Of a stretch of DNA of 64,000 bases, positions 26,508 through 36,387 are shown piece after piece. This DNA comes from Candidatus Parcubacteria bacterium. GTDB taxonomy: Bacteria; Patescibacteriota; Saccharimonadia; UBA4664; JBIOIQ01. The notes under the pieces were generated by a model, which was not told where the DNA came from, searched no databases, and saw nothing but the letters and a program-made list of their open reading frames with translations. Position 1 is the first letter of the stretch; every line of letters begins with the position of its first letter. Location: positions 872,265 to 936,264 of the forward strand of contig OY970378.1 of NCBI GenBank assembly GCA_963718875.1, in the 5' to 3' direction. A program made the translations under genes and the position numbers.

Positions 26508-28268
26508 ATGAATCGTACTGTTTATAAACATTTATTGAATTCTTACGGCCGCCGGTTTGGCTATTGGTTTGGTGTTGTTACAGAGTTGGTGAGGCTATTA
26601 TGTCTGCGCGTTCTAAGCGCCGTTTTTATGGCTCAAGCGGTCGCAAAAGTGGCGGCCGGAGATGTTCCCGCTGCAAAGCAGAGTATCTTGTATTTTTTGG
26701 TGCTGTTTTGTGTGGGCCTAACCGCTGGGGCAATTGGTGATCTTGTAGCCTTTAAATCGGAAAACATTCAATATCGGCGGCTGTTACTTGATTTCTACAC
26801 AAGGTTAACAGGAAAAGACATGTCGTTTTACCGAGATAATCAAACCGGCTACTTAGCGAGCGCATTCCGACAGTACTTAGATGCGGCTATAGTATTGGCG
26901 CGGTTTTTCCGTTGGAACGTACTTGGCACGATTGTATCGTTATTGGTGCCCGTAGCAGTACTTTTGTTTATCAGCTGGCGAGCTGGAGTAGCTGCGCTCG
27001 CGATAGTATTAGTTCAAGTTGTTTACGTAATATGGAGCTCCGCCAAGGCCAATAAATACCGCGATCAAACTCACGAGGTCTACCGCAAGCTAACTGGCGA
27101 AGTCGCGGATGATATTACCAATATCGTTTCACTCAAATCCGGCGGACAAGACCAAAGCAAAAGGATAGAGGCTATTGCCAAGAAAGAAACTCAGGCTTTT
27201 TGGTTGATGCGCAAAACTAACACTCTATTGGATTTTCCTCGTAGCCTCATCACGGCTGTCGGCGTGACAGCTGTTTTTTACCTGATTATATCTAAGTCTT
27301 CTTCTAGTCCAGCTTCGATTGGGTTAATTGTACTTACGCTTACATACATGTTCCAAATGATGCGTAATGTCGCTGATTTGCCCGATCTAATCCAGCGGCA
27401 TGACGACCTTATTACCAAGCTATATCCCACGCTGCAATACTTAAGTCCAGATCATGAAAATATTGTTGACCCGCCCGTTCCCCAGGATTTAAAAATTACC
27501 AATGGAGCTATTAGTATTAAAAACGTTAGTTTTAGCTACCAGTCCCACTCTCAGAGGCGTAAGCGAATTGATGTCTTCAATAATTTTAGCCTGGAGATAG
27601 CCGGCGGCGAAAGAGTGGGTGTGGTTGGGCTATCCGGTATGGGCAAAAGTACTTTAGCCAGCCTTTTGATGCGTTTTGACGATGTTGATTCGGGCACCAT
27701 TAAGATTGATGGGATTGATTTGCGTGAGGTTAAGCAGGCGGAGCTGCACCAAAAAATAGCCTACGTTCCGCAGGAGCCTTTACTATTTCATCGCACCGTT
27801 AGAGACAACATTGCCTATTTTAACCCCGCTGCAAGCCAAGCTGACATAATTCGAGCCGCCAAAGCGGCTCATGCGCACGACTTTATTGAGCGTTTGCCAA
27901 AAGGATACGACACGATTGTGGGCGAACGTGGACTTAAGTTATCCGGCGGGCAAAAACAGCGGGTGGTGATAGCTCGGGCAATTCTAAAGAACGCCCCGAT
28001 TATGATTTTTGATGAAGCCACCAGCGCTCTGGATAGTGAGAGTGAGCAAATTATTCAACAGGCCTTGCCGGAGATTATTGGCAGTCAAACTGCTATTATA
28101 ATTGCCCACCGCTTAAGTACAGTGGCGGGCTTAGACCGAATTATCGTGATCCATGATGGCGTAGTGGAAGAAGAAGGCACTCACAATCAGTTACTTAAAC
28201 AAAAAGGGCGTTATTTTGCGCTGTGGCAAAAGCAAACTGCTGGAAACGTGATAAAGCTTCCATCTTGA
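26508..28268 (+). CDS. ABC exporter, fused permease/ATPase (MsbA-like)
   Basis: Six-TM N-terminal half. Walker A GLSGMGKST, signature LSGGQKQRV, Walker B IMIFDEATSALD. Confidence 0.9.
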   Translation: MNRTVYKHLLNSYGRRFGYWFGVVTELVRLLCLRVLSAVFMAQAVAKVAAGDVPAAKQSILYFLVLFCVGLTAGAIGDLVAFKSENIQYRRLLLDFYTRLTGKDMSFYRDNQTGYLASAFRQYLDAAIVLARFFRWNVLGTIVSLLVPVAVLLFISWRAGVAALAIVLVQVVYVIWSSAKANKYRDQTHEVYRKLTGEVADDITNIVSLKSGGQDQSKRIEAIAKKETQAFWLMRKTNTLLDFPRSLITAVGVTAVFYLIISKSSSSPASIGLIVLTLTYMFQMMRNVADLPDLIQRHDDLITKLYPTLQYLSPDHENIVDPPVPQDLKITNGAISIKNVSFSYQSHSQRRKRIDVFNNFSLEIAGGERVGVVGLSGMGKSTLASLLMRFDDVDSGTIKIDGIDLREVKQAELHQKIAYVPQEPLLFHRTVRDNIAYFNPAASQADIIRAAKAAHAHDFIERLPKGYDTIVGERGLKLSGGQKQRVVIARAILKNAPIMIFDEATSALDSESEQIIQQALPEIIGSQTAIIIAHRLSTVAGLDRIIVIHDGVVEEEGTHNQLLKQKGRYFALWQKQTAGNVIKLPS

Positions 28269-28323
28269 AGTAGAGATAGGCTAGCGCCATGCACAGCAAT
28301 CAAACCCGACAGTCTCTTTACGC

Positions 28324-28725
28324 TTAAGCATCTTGAATTACTGCCAGAATGTTACCAGCAGGATCTTTAAACCATGCAATTGACGGGCCATAGCCCTCCT
28401 TGCCGCGGGCAATGCCTTTGGCGTCGGTTATTATTGGGCCATCTTGGTAGCTTTCAAACTTAACGCCGGCGGCCGTAAGCGCATCGACCGTTTGATCGAT
28501 ATTGGGAACCACAAAATTGAGCACTGTGAAAGTAGCTGGCATGTGTTGGTCGCCTTTAGGATAAAGCATTACCATGCCTCCCCCGGCCAGACGAATGTTG
28601 AGCAAATCGGGCATATGCGGATCGTCAGACACATCCAGACTTAAGGTGTTTCCATAAAAAGTTTTGGCTACGGCAACATCATTGACTGAAAAACTACTGA
28701 ATGCTTGTATGTCTTTAAACATCAT
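28324..28725 (-). CDS. VOC (glyoxalase/bleomycin-resistance fold) family protein
   Basis: 133 aa, paired beta-alpha-beta-beta-beta pattern. Weak direct motifs. Confidence 0.5.
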   Translation of the reverse strand: MMFKDIQAFSSFSVNDVAVAKTFYGNTLSLDVSDDPHMPDLLNIRLAGGGMVMLYPKGDQHMPATFTVLNFVVPNIDQTVDALTAAGVKFESYQDGPIITDAKGIARGKEGYGPSIAWFKDPAGNILAVIQDA

Positions 28726-28863
28726 AGTCTCCTAATTACATGTCTATTCTACTCTTTTTTATGGCTAGATTGAGATATGCACGAGATACCGTGCTCATGA
28801 CCAACTATTACTTTTAACCTATTTACGTGTCTTTAAATTAATGTGCTTTAATAAAAGTAGTAA

Positions 28864-29292
28864 ATGGAGAGCAAAGTGGCAGAAATTAATGCATATTTAA
28901 TGTTTAGGGGTAATTGTCGTGAGGCAATGGAGTTTTATCATAACTGTCTGGGCGGGGAGCTTTCGATTCAATCTGTGGGAGATTCACCCATGGGAGAGCA
29001 AGCTCCACCGGAAGCCAAAAATAAAATTATGCATGCGCAGCTTAAAGGCGACGGATGGCGGTTTTTCGGCTCCGACATGATGGACGACTCCCCTGCTACT
29101 CAAAGTAATACTGTTTCGGTTTGCATGGTTGGGGCCAACATTGACGAAATAAAACCTGCGTTTGATAAGTTATCGCAGGGTGGCAAGGTGACCCACGACT
29201 TGAAAAAGGAGTTTTTTGGGACATATGGCGACTTGGTAGATAAATACGGCTTTATCTGGATGTTCCAAGCCGATTCACCGGCACAATCTTAA
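28864..29292 (+). CDS. PhnB-like / VOC family protein
   Basis: AYLMFRGNCREAMEFY N-terminal motif typical of the PhnB/3-demethylubiquinone methyltransferase-like domain. Confidence 0.6.
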   Translation: MESKVAEINAYLMFRGNCREAMEFYHNCLGGELSIQSVGDSPMGEQAPPEAKNKIMHAQLKGDGWRFFGSDMMDDSPATQSNTVSVCMVGANIDEIKPAFDKLSQGGKVTHDLKKEFFGTYGDLVDKYGFIWMFQADSPAQS

Positions 29293-29297
29293 AACTA

Positions 29298-29753
29298 ATG
29301 CGAGAGATAAATCGTATTATCGTAGCGGCCATTATTTTTAGTAAAGACGAAAAGGTTTTGATGGGCAAAAAAGATCCCGGAAGTGGAGGTGTCTACATTG
29401 ATAGTTGGCATATCCCTGGAGGCGGGGTTGAAGAGGGCGAGACGCTTGATCAAGCCCTTGTAAGGGAGGTGCGGGAGGAAGTAGGTATTGATATATCGCC
29501 TTATAAGATTAAAAAGCGGGCAACGATTGGGCATGGGAGCTCCGAAAAAACTCTGAGCAATGGTGAACGGGTAATTTGTCATATGGAGTTTAATCATTTT
29601 GAGGTACTTCTGGACGAAGTATCCACAGACATTAAATTAGAACTGGCCGATGATCTTGTTGAAGCTAGGTGGTTTAGCAGAACGGAGCTCAAGCAAGTAC
29701 AACAAATTCCAGGAGGCAAAGAGTTGTTTAGGGAAATGGGTTATCTAGACTAG
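29298..29753 (+). CDS. NUDIX hydrolase
   Basis: Nudix box GGGVEEGETLDQALVREVREEVGI. Confidence 0.85.
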   Translation: MREINRIIVAAIIFSKDEKVLMGKKDPGSGGVYIDSWHIPGGGVEEGETLDQALVREVREEVGIDISPYKIKKRATIGHGSSEKTLSNGERVICHMEFNHFEVLLDEVSTDIKLELADDLVEARWFSRTELKQVQQIPGGKELFREMGYLD

Positions 29754-29770
29754 GCTGATATAATCAAGCT

Positions 29771-30250
29771 ATGAGAAAAGATATATATGAAGTTTTAGAA
29801 AGTCTTAATATTGAATACAAGGAGTATGACCATCCAGCAGTTTACACGGTGGAAGAAGCTGAAGAATATGATAGAGGTAGTGGCGCCCATAGCAAAAATC
29901 TGTTTTTGAGGAACAAAAAAGGCAACCATCATTACCTGGTTGTGGTTGATGCCTCAAAAAGGGTTAACCTGAAAGACCTCGAAAAGCGCTTACAAGAATC
30001 GGGTTTAAGCTTTGCTTCGGCCGAAAGAATGGATAAGTACCTGGGTCTTACTCCTGGAGCCGTATCCCCGTTTGGGCTAATAAATGACACAGACAAAGAG
30101 GTGCGGGTGGTAGTTGATACGGATTTGCTGGAGTTTAGCGAGCAAGGGTTTCACCCCAATGTTAATACCGCTACGCTGACTCTCAGTACCAATGACTTTA
30201 AAAGGTTTTTAGAGTCGACCAGCAACGCCGTAACTTATCTAAAGGTCTAA
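29771..30250 (+). CDS. YbaK/ProX-type aminoacyl-tRNA deacylase domain protein
   Basis: HSKNLFLRNKKGNHHYLVVVDASKRVNLKDL...GLTPGAVSPFGL pattern of the YbaK editing domain. Confidence 0.7.
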   Translation: MRKDIYEVLESLNIEYKEYDHPAVYTVEEAEEYDRGSGAHSKNLFLRNKKGNHHYLVVVDASKRVNLKDLEKRLQESGLSFASAERMDKYLGLTPGAVSPFGLINDTDKEVRVVVDTDLLEFSEQGFHPNVNTATLTLSTNDFKRFLESTSNAVTYLKV

Positions 30251-30257
30251 TGGCATC

Positions 30258-30518
30258 ATGAAAAAATCGACAAAAATATTGTTAGCCTTAATAGCGGTAA
30301 ATGTTATCTTATGGTTAATTTTTCGCAAATATAGTTATCGCACCACATTGGCAAACTTTGATTGCCCCGTGACTCAGTATGAAATAGATCATGGTTGCCC
30401 GGTAGAGATTAAAGGCACAAACGTAGTAGGGCTAGTGCCGATAATAAATATGATTTTAATTGCCGGTTCATTAATAATTTTGCTAGCCCAAACACTGCGC
30501 AAAAAACTCTCTCATTAA
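30258..30518 (+). CDS. Hypothetical small membrane protein
   Basis: 86 aa, two hydrophobic segments. Confidence 0.3.
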   Translation: MKKSTKILLALIAVNVILWLIFRKYSYRTTLANFDCPVTQYEIDHGCPVEIKGTNVVGLVPIINMILIAGSLIILLAQTLRKKLSH

Positions 30519-30542
30519 AGTTCGCCTAGATTCGTTAAGCTC

Positions 30543-30980
30543 CTATCCTTGAGCCAGCAGCGCCTTTAACGTCTCTAAATCACCGGTGAGTCTGGCTTTG
30601 GCCATAGACTGGATAACGGGTAGGGCAAACTTGAGAGTAATGCCGGTAATTTCAAATTCCAGCACGCACATCACCTCACAGCTTTGATCGCCCAAGGATG
30701 CTAAATCATATCGGGCTACAAAAGGAATGGCACCGCTTTGACTTTTAATTTCAATGGTTTTGTCAGGATCAAGTTTAACTACTTCAACCACCGAATGGTT
30801 TTTTTGACCTAACACAATGCTGGTACTTTTAAAAAGCAGCCCTTCGTGCATGTTCACCTGTGGTTTCACGCTTATCATACCGGAGTTCCATAGCGGGTAG
30901 CGACTTAAGTCGGTTAAGGCCGCGTACAACATTTCAGCTGGAAAAGGAAAAGTTACTTTGATTGTAGTGTTGTATATCAA
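30543..30980 (-). CDS. SRPBCC (Bet v1-like / polyketide cyclase) family protein
   Basis: 145 aa. N-terminus TIKVTFPFPAEMLYAALTDLSRYPLWNSG typical of SRPBCC ligand-binding proteins. Confidence 0.5.
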   Translation of the reverse strand: MIYNTTIKVTFPFPAEMLYAALTDLSRYPLWNSGMISVKPQVNMHEGLLFKSTSIVLGQKNHSVVEVVKLDPDKTIEIKSQSGAIPFVARYDLASLGDQSCEVMCVLEFEITGITLKFALPVIQSMAKARLTGDLETLKALLAQG

Positions 30981-31142
30981 GTTTGTAGGCCTGGCAGCAT
31001 ATCATAAGCATTATAGCAGAAGAGGTAGTTTCGGTGTCGCCCAAGAGCTTGAATTTTATTCCCTGAGCTTGTCGAAGGGCCGAAGGGATTTATAATTGCC
31101 AAGCCTTTATAGCTGTTTCGACTCAGCTCAACATGACAAGAA

Positions 31143-31613
31143 CTACTTTCCCCTCGAAAGTTTAAGCTTACTCAGCACATACCCAACCGCAAACGCCCCG
31201 GCTCCCAAACTATTCATTAGTAAGTCCCACGAGGTATCGGTAAGGGGCAGGTTAAAAAGGCCTGCTTCTACAGCCGTTAGCTCCACGAGTTCCATGGTTA
31301 CGCCGAGGGCAGATACTACACAAAATAAGCTGGCTAGCTCAATTAATAATGAGGCTTTCCAGCGTAATTGCTGCTTCAAGTAAAGCCAAAGGAAACCGGA
31401 AAAAACTCCCCCGCCGACAAAGTGGGTGGTAGCGGCAGTATACTGCCCTTGGATATCTGGGGACGGCAAGTACCAGGATATGAAAAAAAGGAAACAGGCT
31501 AGAATCAAAGTGAGATTTGCGACTGCTGGCTTTCCGGTAAACTTTTGGATGACAACAGGCAAGCAAAAGTACAATCCCAGCGGGACAACGATTGAAATAA
31601 GGATAAATATCAT
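31143..31613 (-). CDS. Hypothetical membrane protein (4 TM)
   Basis: 156 aa, hydrophobic. Confidence 0.4.
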   Translation of the reverse strand: MIFILISIVVPLGLYFCLPVVIQKFTGKPAVANLTLILACFLFFISWYLPSPDIQGQYTAATTHFVGGGVFSGFLWLYLKQQLRWKASLLIELASLFCVVSALGVTMELVELTAVEAGLFNLPLTDTSWDLLMNSLGAGAFAVGYVLSKLKLSRGK

Positions 31614-31650
31614 GTCGTCATCTTAACAGCTAGCAATCAAAATAAAGGAA

Positions 31651-32154
31651 TTAACTATTTTTTGAGGCCGCTATGGCGGTATTAATCTGAGCGAGTTCGG
31701 CTGTACTAAAGTCGCGCTTTTGATCGACTTGGTTGATACAAGTATTGAGCTTGGTCATGTTTGTTTGCATGGTTTTAACGTAGGCCAGCAGCTCGTCAAT
31801 TTGTGGTTTGTATTTGCTGGCGTCGGCGTTATTGCCGTCGCTAGCCACTTGGGCACGGACTTTAGCAGCCATAGACTCAGCTTTGGCGCGAATGCTGGTA
31901 CTGTAATCTTTTAAGGCACTTACACACTTAGGCTTAAGGTCCGCATGTTTGTAATTGCCATTGTCTGCGTTGGTGGTATTGGCATTTGAGTCAGTGGTGG
32001 TTTGACTAGACGAAGTTGAAGTTGTAACGGTCGTTTTGGGTTTTGAATCCGACTTAATTAAAGTTTTATTGTTGCCCAAACTAAAGCCTATACCTCCAGC
32101 CAATACTAAGGCTATTACACCTAATCCAATGAATTTATTTTTTTTTCCACTCAT
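31651..32154 (-). CDS. Hypothetical secreted/membrane-anchored protein with a Thr/Ser-rich linker
   Basis: Signal/TM FIGLGVIALVLAGGIGFSLG, TTVTTSTSSSQTTTDS linker. Confidence 0.45.
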   Translation of the reverse strand: MSGKKNKFIGLGVIALVLAGGIGFSLGNNKTLIKSDSKPKTTVTTSTSSSQTTTDSNANTTNADNGNYKHADLKPKCVSALKDYSTSIRAKAESMAAKVRAQVASDGNNADASKYKPQIDELLAYVKTMQTNMTKLNTCINQVDQKRDFSTAELAQINTAIAASKNS

Positions 32155-32298
32155 ATAAACCCCTACTACCCCCTTAAAGTTTTGTAGGTGGATATTATAG
32201 CGATATGCGGGGCAAAAGTAAAGATTGTGACCGGAGACTGATTACTTATTTAAATAGAGAACCCCGAAAAAACTCGGTGTTCTCTCGGGGCGTGAACT

Positions 32299-32550
32299 TT
32301 AGCCCAGCATCCAGGCGACCTGTCGGCGCATCTGGCGCTTAGGGATGATTTCTTCCAAGTCGCAGAGCAGCATCAGGTGGAGGGTGTCGTTGACGTGGCG
32401 ACGAACCTGCCGCTCGAGCTGCTTACGCAAGGGCTTGGCGTTGCGGCCGAAAGAGTTCCAGCCGCCGTAGTGGAGCAGGGTACCAGAGCGGTTGCTACGG
32501 CGATCCGCCAGCAGGACTCTGTGGGGGTCGGTGTTGACGGTTCGGGACAT
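32299..32550 (-). CDS. Hypothetical Arg-rich protein in a short high-GC island
   Basis: 83-aa ORF. The segment 32285-32560 is markedly GC-richer than its flanks. Confidence 0.3.
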   Translation of the reverse strand: MSRTVNTDPHRVLLADRRSNRSGTLLHYGGWNSFGRNAKPLRKQLERQVRRHVNDTLHLMLLCDLEEIIPKRQMRRQVAWMLG

Positions 32551-32872
32551 GCGGACCTTCCTTTGCTGCTTACTTAGCAGCTATGAAGTCGCACATATAT
32601 CACCTCCAAAAGTCGATGAACTATAACTACACATTTATAACACATAACTACTTTAATTACAAACCGCGATACTTCTGGGCTATCATCCTATCCCCCCTTG
32701 TCATTCCCTATCGGAAGCGGAGCGCTCCGGATAGGGAATCTAAAAAAAATAAAAGAGAAGTGTAAAAATCTTTTATCGGCTATATGCATCAGCCAAACTT
32801 CCCACTACGAAGCTAAATTTGAAGCTGCGCTAAAAACTCATTATACTTATGCTGAAAATAAGCGGAGTCGTA

Positions 32873-33100
32873 ATGGCAAATTACCATGTAGTAGAGAGCG
32901 ATAATAAGGAATGGGCAGTGGAGCGAGCTGGATCAAAGCGGGCTAGCTCAATACATAGCACGCAAAGAGGAGCTTTGGAAGCAGCCAAAACTTACACCAT
33001 TAATAGTGGTGGCGGCGAAGTTAGTGTTCATGGGGCTAATGGAAAAGTTAGAAACAAAAATACTTACGGCAAAGTCGATCACCACCCGCCCAAAGGTTAA
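32873..33100 (+). CDS. DUF2188 family small protein
   Basis: MANYHVVESDNKEWAVERAGSKRASSIHSTQRGALEAAK matches the DUF2188 pattern (YHVVP..GGWAV...A). Confidence 0.5.
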   Translation: MANYHVVESDNKEWAVERAGSKRASSIHSTQRGALEAAKTYTINSGGGEVSVHGANGKVRNKNTYGKVDHHPPKG

Positions 33101-33124
33101 ATGGCGGAATGATATGATTGACGC

Positions 33125-33631
33125 ATGAAAAAGTTGATCATAGTTTGCGGATTGCCAGGAGCTGGCAAAAGTACCCTGTCAGAGGCTTTGGCAGGTAGAT
33201 TGATGCTACCGGTATTTTCAGTCGACCCAATCGAGTCGTCAATTATCAAAAGTGGTATTAAAAAAAGTTTTGAAACCGGTTTAGCTGCCTATCTTGTAGC
33301 CGAAACGTTGGCTGGTGAGCAGCTAAAGCAAGGCTTATAGGTCATTATAGATTCTGTCAGTGCTGTGCCAGAAGCCAAAGACATGTGGCGCAAACTGTCG
33401 GCAAAGTATGATGCGAAGTTGGTAATTATAGAATGCGTTTTGGACGAAACTATCCACAAACAACGCGTTAAGGCTCGCGTCCGCAACATGCATGGCCTGC
33501 CGGAAGTTATCTGGAGTGATGTTGAGGCGCGAAAGAGCGAGTATGTGGAGTGGGAGCAGGAAAAATTGGTTTTGGATAGCGGGAACGGGCTTGAGGAAAA
33601 CTTAGAAAAAGCGCTAGAGTATATCAACTAG
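33125..33631 (+). pseudogene. P-loop kinase (AAA_33/zeta-toxin-like fold) interrupted by an in-frame TAG at 33338-33340
   Basis: GLPGAGKST Walker A. ORFs 33125..33340 and 33365..33631 are in the same frame, and the second continues VIIDSVSAVPEAKDMW...VIIECVLDE as expected for a single kinase. TAG is a genuine stop elsewhere (uppS ends in TAG). Confidence 0.5.
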
Positions 33632-33803
33632 TTTTCACCCCCGTTTAGAACTTTTGTATTGAATTCATCCATTAACAATGATGTTCCGGAATTCAGAAGG
33701 CGAATCAATAACCTGAAAATCGTAATTTGTATCTTCCAGATTAATGTTGGCAGTTTCGCGAATTTGGAGGGTGTTGTCCGGTAAGCTAATATGGCGAATT
33801 TAG

Positions 33804-34286
33804 TTAATCCGTAGCATCATTAATTTGAAAAGTGTGGTTGGTAAGTTTGTTTGGCTCGACGGTGAAGGCACATGGTACACCGTTTTGGTCGGTAGAGGTG
33901 CAATACTCTTTATTTTGGTATAGCACAAACATAGAGTAAACGCCGGCGGGTAACTCGAGCTGGAACTCGCCCTTAACCTGGGGAATTTGCTTAATGATCT
34001 GACTGCTTTGTTTGATGATGACCGTGAGCGGATCGGTAAAGGTACGGACGCTGCATGAATTTCTTGAGCCTACAGTGGTTGGCATGCAGTCACCAGTTCT
34101 GTGAGTGATGGTGCCTTTAACTCCTTGGGCTTGGGGAGCGGCAGAAGGCGATGTTACTGGCGGTATGACGGGTAAACTACGATTGTTTTTGGGCTTATTC
34201 AAAGACACGCTCAAAAAACCCGCCACTATGCCAATGGCAATGATTGCCACTATGATTGTTACGCCAAAACCCTTTTGGTTGTTCAT
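33804..34286 (-). CDS. Hypothetical membrane-anchored secreted protein
   Basis: N-terminal TM GFGVTIIVAIIAIGIVAGFLSV. Cys-containing extracellular part. Confidence 0.45.
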   Translation of the reverse strand: MNNQKGFGVTIIVAIIAIGIVAGFLSVSLNKPKNNRSLPVIPPVTSPSAAPQAQGVKGTITHRTGDCMPTTVGSRNSCSVRTFTDPLTVIIKQSSQIIKQIPQVKGEFQLELPAGVYSMFVLYQNKEYCTSTDQNGVPCAFTVEPNKLTNHTFQINDATD

Positions 34287-34356
34287 AGAAGGATTGTAGC
34301 ATTATTATTATCCACTCACCCTACTGCCCTTTTAGTTCACCGGCGAGGACAATGTT

Positions 34357-34542
34357 ATGATTTGGGCAATGGAAGACGTAGAAGACAAAAAGCGCCAGGC
34401 GTGTTTAGAAAAGCTTACTTGGGAATCTAAAGAAATGGCGGAGGCTGCCCGGGCATATGCCGGTTGGCAGTATGGTGAGTCCAAAACCCTTGCCTACCCG
34501 TGCAAGCATTGTGGCAAGTGGCGTTTGGCCCGAGCAGTTTAG
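34357..34542 (+). CDS. Hypothetical small protein with a CxxC pair
   Basis: 61 aa, ...YPCKHCGKW.... Low support. Confidence 0.25.
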   Translation: MIWAMEDVEDKKRQACLEKLTWESKEMAEAARAYAGWQYGESKTLAYPCKHCGKWRLARAV

Positions 34543-34547
34543 TTTAA

Positions 34548-34598
34548 GAGATCCTGAAAGGTAGAAGCGGCTATCGCCTTTCTCTTCAGGATGACAGC
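34548..34598. repeat. Partial MITE-like copy D (TAAGAGATCCTGAAAGG...TCTCTTCAGGATGACAGC)
   Basis: Carries the right-end TCTTCAGGATGACA motif. Sits at the left edge of a high-GC degraded segment. Confidence 0.4.
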
Positions 34599-34599
34599 T

Positions 34600-35900
34600 A
34601 CGAGCGGGCCATGCGGTTAATTGAAATGTGATCTTAGGAAAGCTGATAGAGCGTTTGCCCCTCATATCCGTAGTCTTTTAGGAGGTGTCTGAAACCGAAC
34701 TGCTGCGCGGCCCGGTTGGCGTCCTCTAGGTCAGGCGAACTTGAGGCAACGTCTCATCCAGCCTCTGGACCTCCTCTCGATAGCTAGGCCCGGGCATCTT
34801 TAGGCGCTTTTCAGCGGACATATATTCCAGGATCGCGAGACTGCCTGGGAGTGTTGTATGTCGTTCAATGATACGCTGCGACCACCATCTGTTGGGTGAT
34901 CGTCACGGTTCGGCTAGCTCCGGCATGCCTGAAATTGGGCCAGTAGTGCCGAACCTCGTTGACCTTAGCGTGATTCGGATGGCCTTTTCGAAGGCTCCGG
35001 TGGCCTCGAGGCTTTGCGCCGGATGAGCTGGCGACTTCAGCGGGTGGCAGAAAGCCAAAACGAGAGCATATCGCCACGAAACCAATCTGGGCCAGACGGT
35101 TGCTCGAACCGTCATGTAGAGGTGCCTGCTGTGAGAGTCCGCCAGACCATTGGGAAGCGTAGCTGTTATGGCCCCATTATTAAGCTCTTTAAAAACTTAA
35201 GCGGACACAAATTGTCTGGGATGGGTCGTAGCAGTCCCCCGTCACACAACATCAGTCTGGTGTACTGGTTCAAGCTGAGCAGATAGGTCACGTACGCTCA
35301 CATGCTTTGATCCAGTCCGCGTTGGTCCGGTCGTAGAGCGATGATCTCCTTGTTTCTGAGTTGTGGCAGCTCCGCTCCGGACCAAAGGTTGACTGTCTTC
35401 GCGGCGCCCTGTAAAACTCACCGATCTGGAATCATCACCCGATCGGTCTTAGGTTTGCGCTTCTTTGGTCTGCACATCGGGAGAAGACAGGTACGCGTCG
35501 AGGCCGTACATCTGCCCCCGGGCGCTGTCGCGCAAGGTGCGTATTGACGTTGCGAGCATAGCCGAGCTGGTAGTAAAGGAATTGGTAGGCGCTTTTTTTA
35601 CGTCGTCCCACTATCTCATCGGGATTGGAGGCCATCGAGTTGAGGCCTGAGCACAATGATGTACCAGAATCGACCAATTATCGAAATCACCTGGTCGATT
35701 TCTGGCTGACCAGCTTAGCCGATTTCTAGAGTTTGAAGCTGTTTGTTGAGCGATTCAAGCGCTCGCTCCAGCATTCCGAGCCTTTCGGGATCAACATTCG
35801 GGCCTCGAACGTTGACAACTACTTGGGCGTCCGGCCCAACAGCCCGACCATGTACCTCGCTTGTGACTTTTGATGAGTTCGAAAACACATAGTACTATTT
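34600..35900. other. High-GC degraded segment with no intact ORF: only 60-90-aa fragments in all six frames
   Basis: GC-rich by eye relative to flanks. Fragmented ORFs 34865..35077, 34903..35115, 35014..35286, 35341..35547, 35435..35677. Likely relic of an acquired gene or element, identity not determinable by eye. Confidence 0.4.
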
Positions 35901-36030
35901 GGGCTCAACGTCTACATTTTAGCCAAGCCTTGTAAGTTACTTTTCAGAGTCATTAAAGCTGACACTGCTTACGCGGTTGACTATTCGTAGTATTTTGAGT
36001 CAAACTACGTTTAATGTCAACAAAACAAAC

Positions 36031-36336
36031 ATGGCACATCATCATCCTCACCACATAACTAAAAAAACGCAAAAAACCAAGATGGGTCCGTTGGATTTTT
36101 TTGTGAATATTTTTATGTTTATGTCGCCTTTGTTTGAAATTCCACAAGCTTATGATATTTACAGTCAAAAAAGTTCCCACACGGTTTCTCTTACCACTTG
36201 GGCGTTGTTTTTTGTGGCCAGTATTGCTTGGTTAATATATGGTATTCGGCATAAGCTTAAGTCAATCATCATCATTCAAATCATTTACATGGTTATAGAA
36301 GCGTCAGTAGTAGTAGGAATTTTAATTTATCCATAG
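36031..36336 (+). CDS. SemiSWEET / PQ-loop family small transporter (3 TM)
   Basis: SPLFEIPQAYDIYSQKSSHTVSLTTWALFFVASIAWLIYGI contains the PQ motif and W..YG pattern. Confidence 0.5.
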   Translation: MAHHHPHHITKKTQKTKMGPLDFFVNIFMFMSPLFEIPQAYDIYSQKSSHTVSLTTWALFFVASIAWLIYGIRHKLKSIIIIQIIYMVIEASVVVGILIYP

Positions 36337-36387
36337 CTCTAGGAGCGCATAAATAAACCCCGTCTCTTACTGTGGTAAAATTCTGTT

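Noticed and set aside
32694-32738. Hairpin TTCCCTATCGG...CCGGATAGGGAA followed by an A-run, considered as a terminator
   Set aside because: There is no U-tract 3' of the stem on either strand (the T-run precedes it on the minus strand). Kept only as an unexplained palindrome.
33338-33340. Alternative genetic code (TAG read as sense)
   Set aside because: uppS and other genes terminate with TAG and TGA at positions consistent with full-length homologues. Standard code 11 fits everywhere else.
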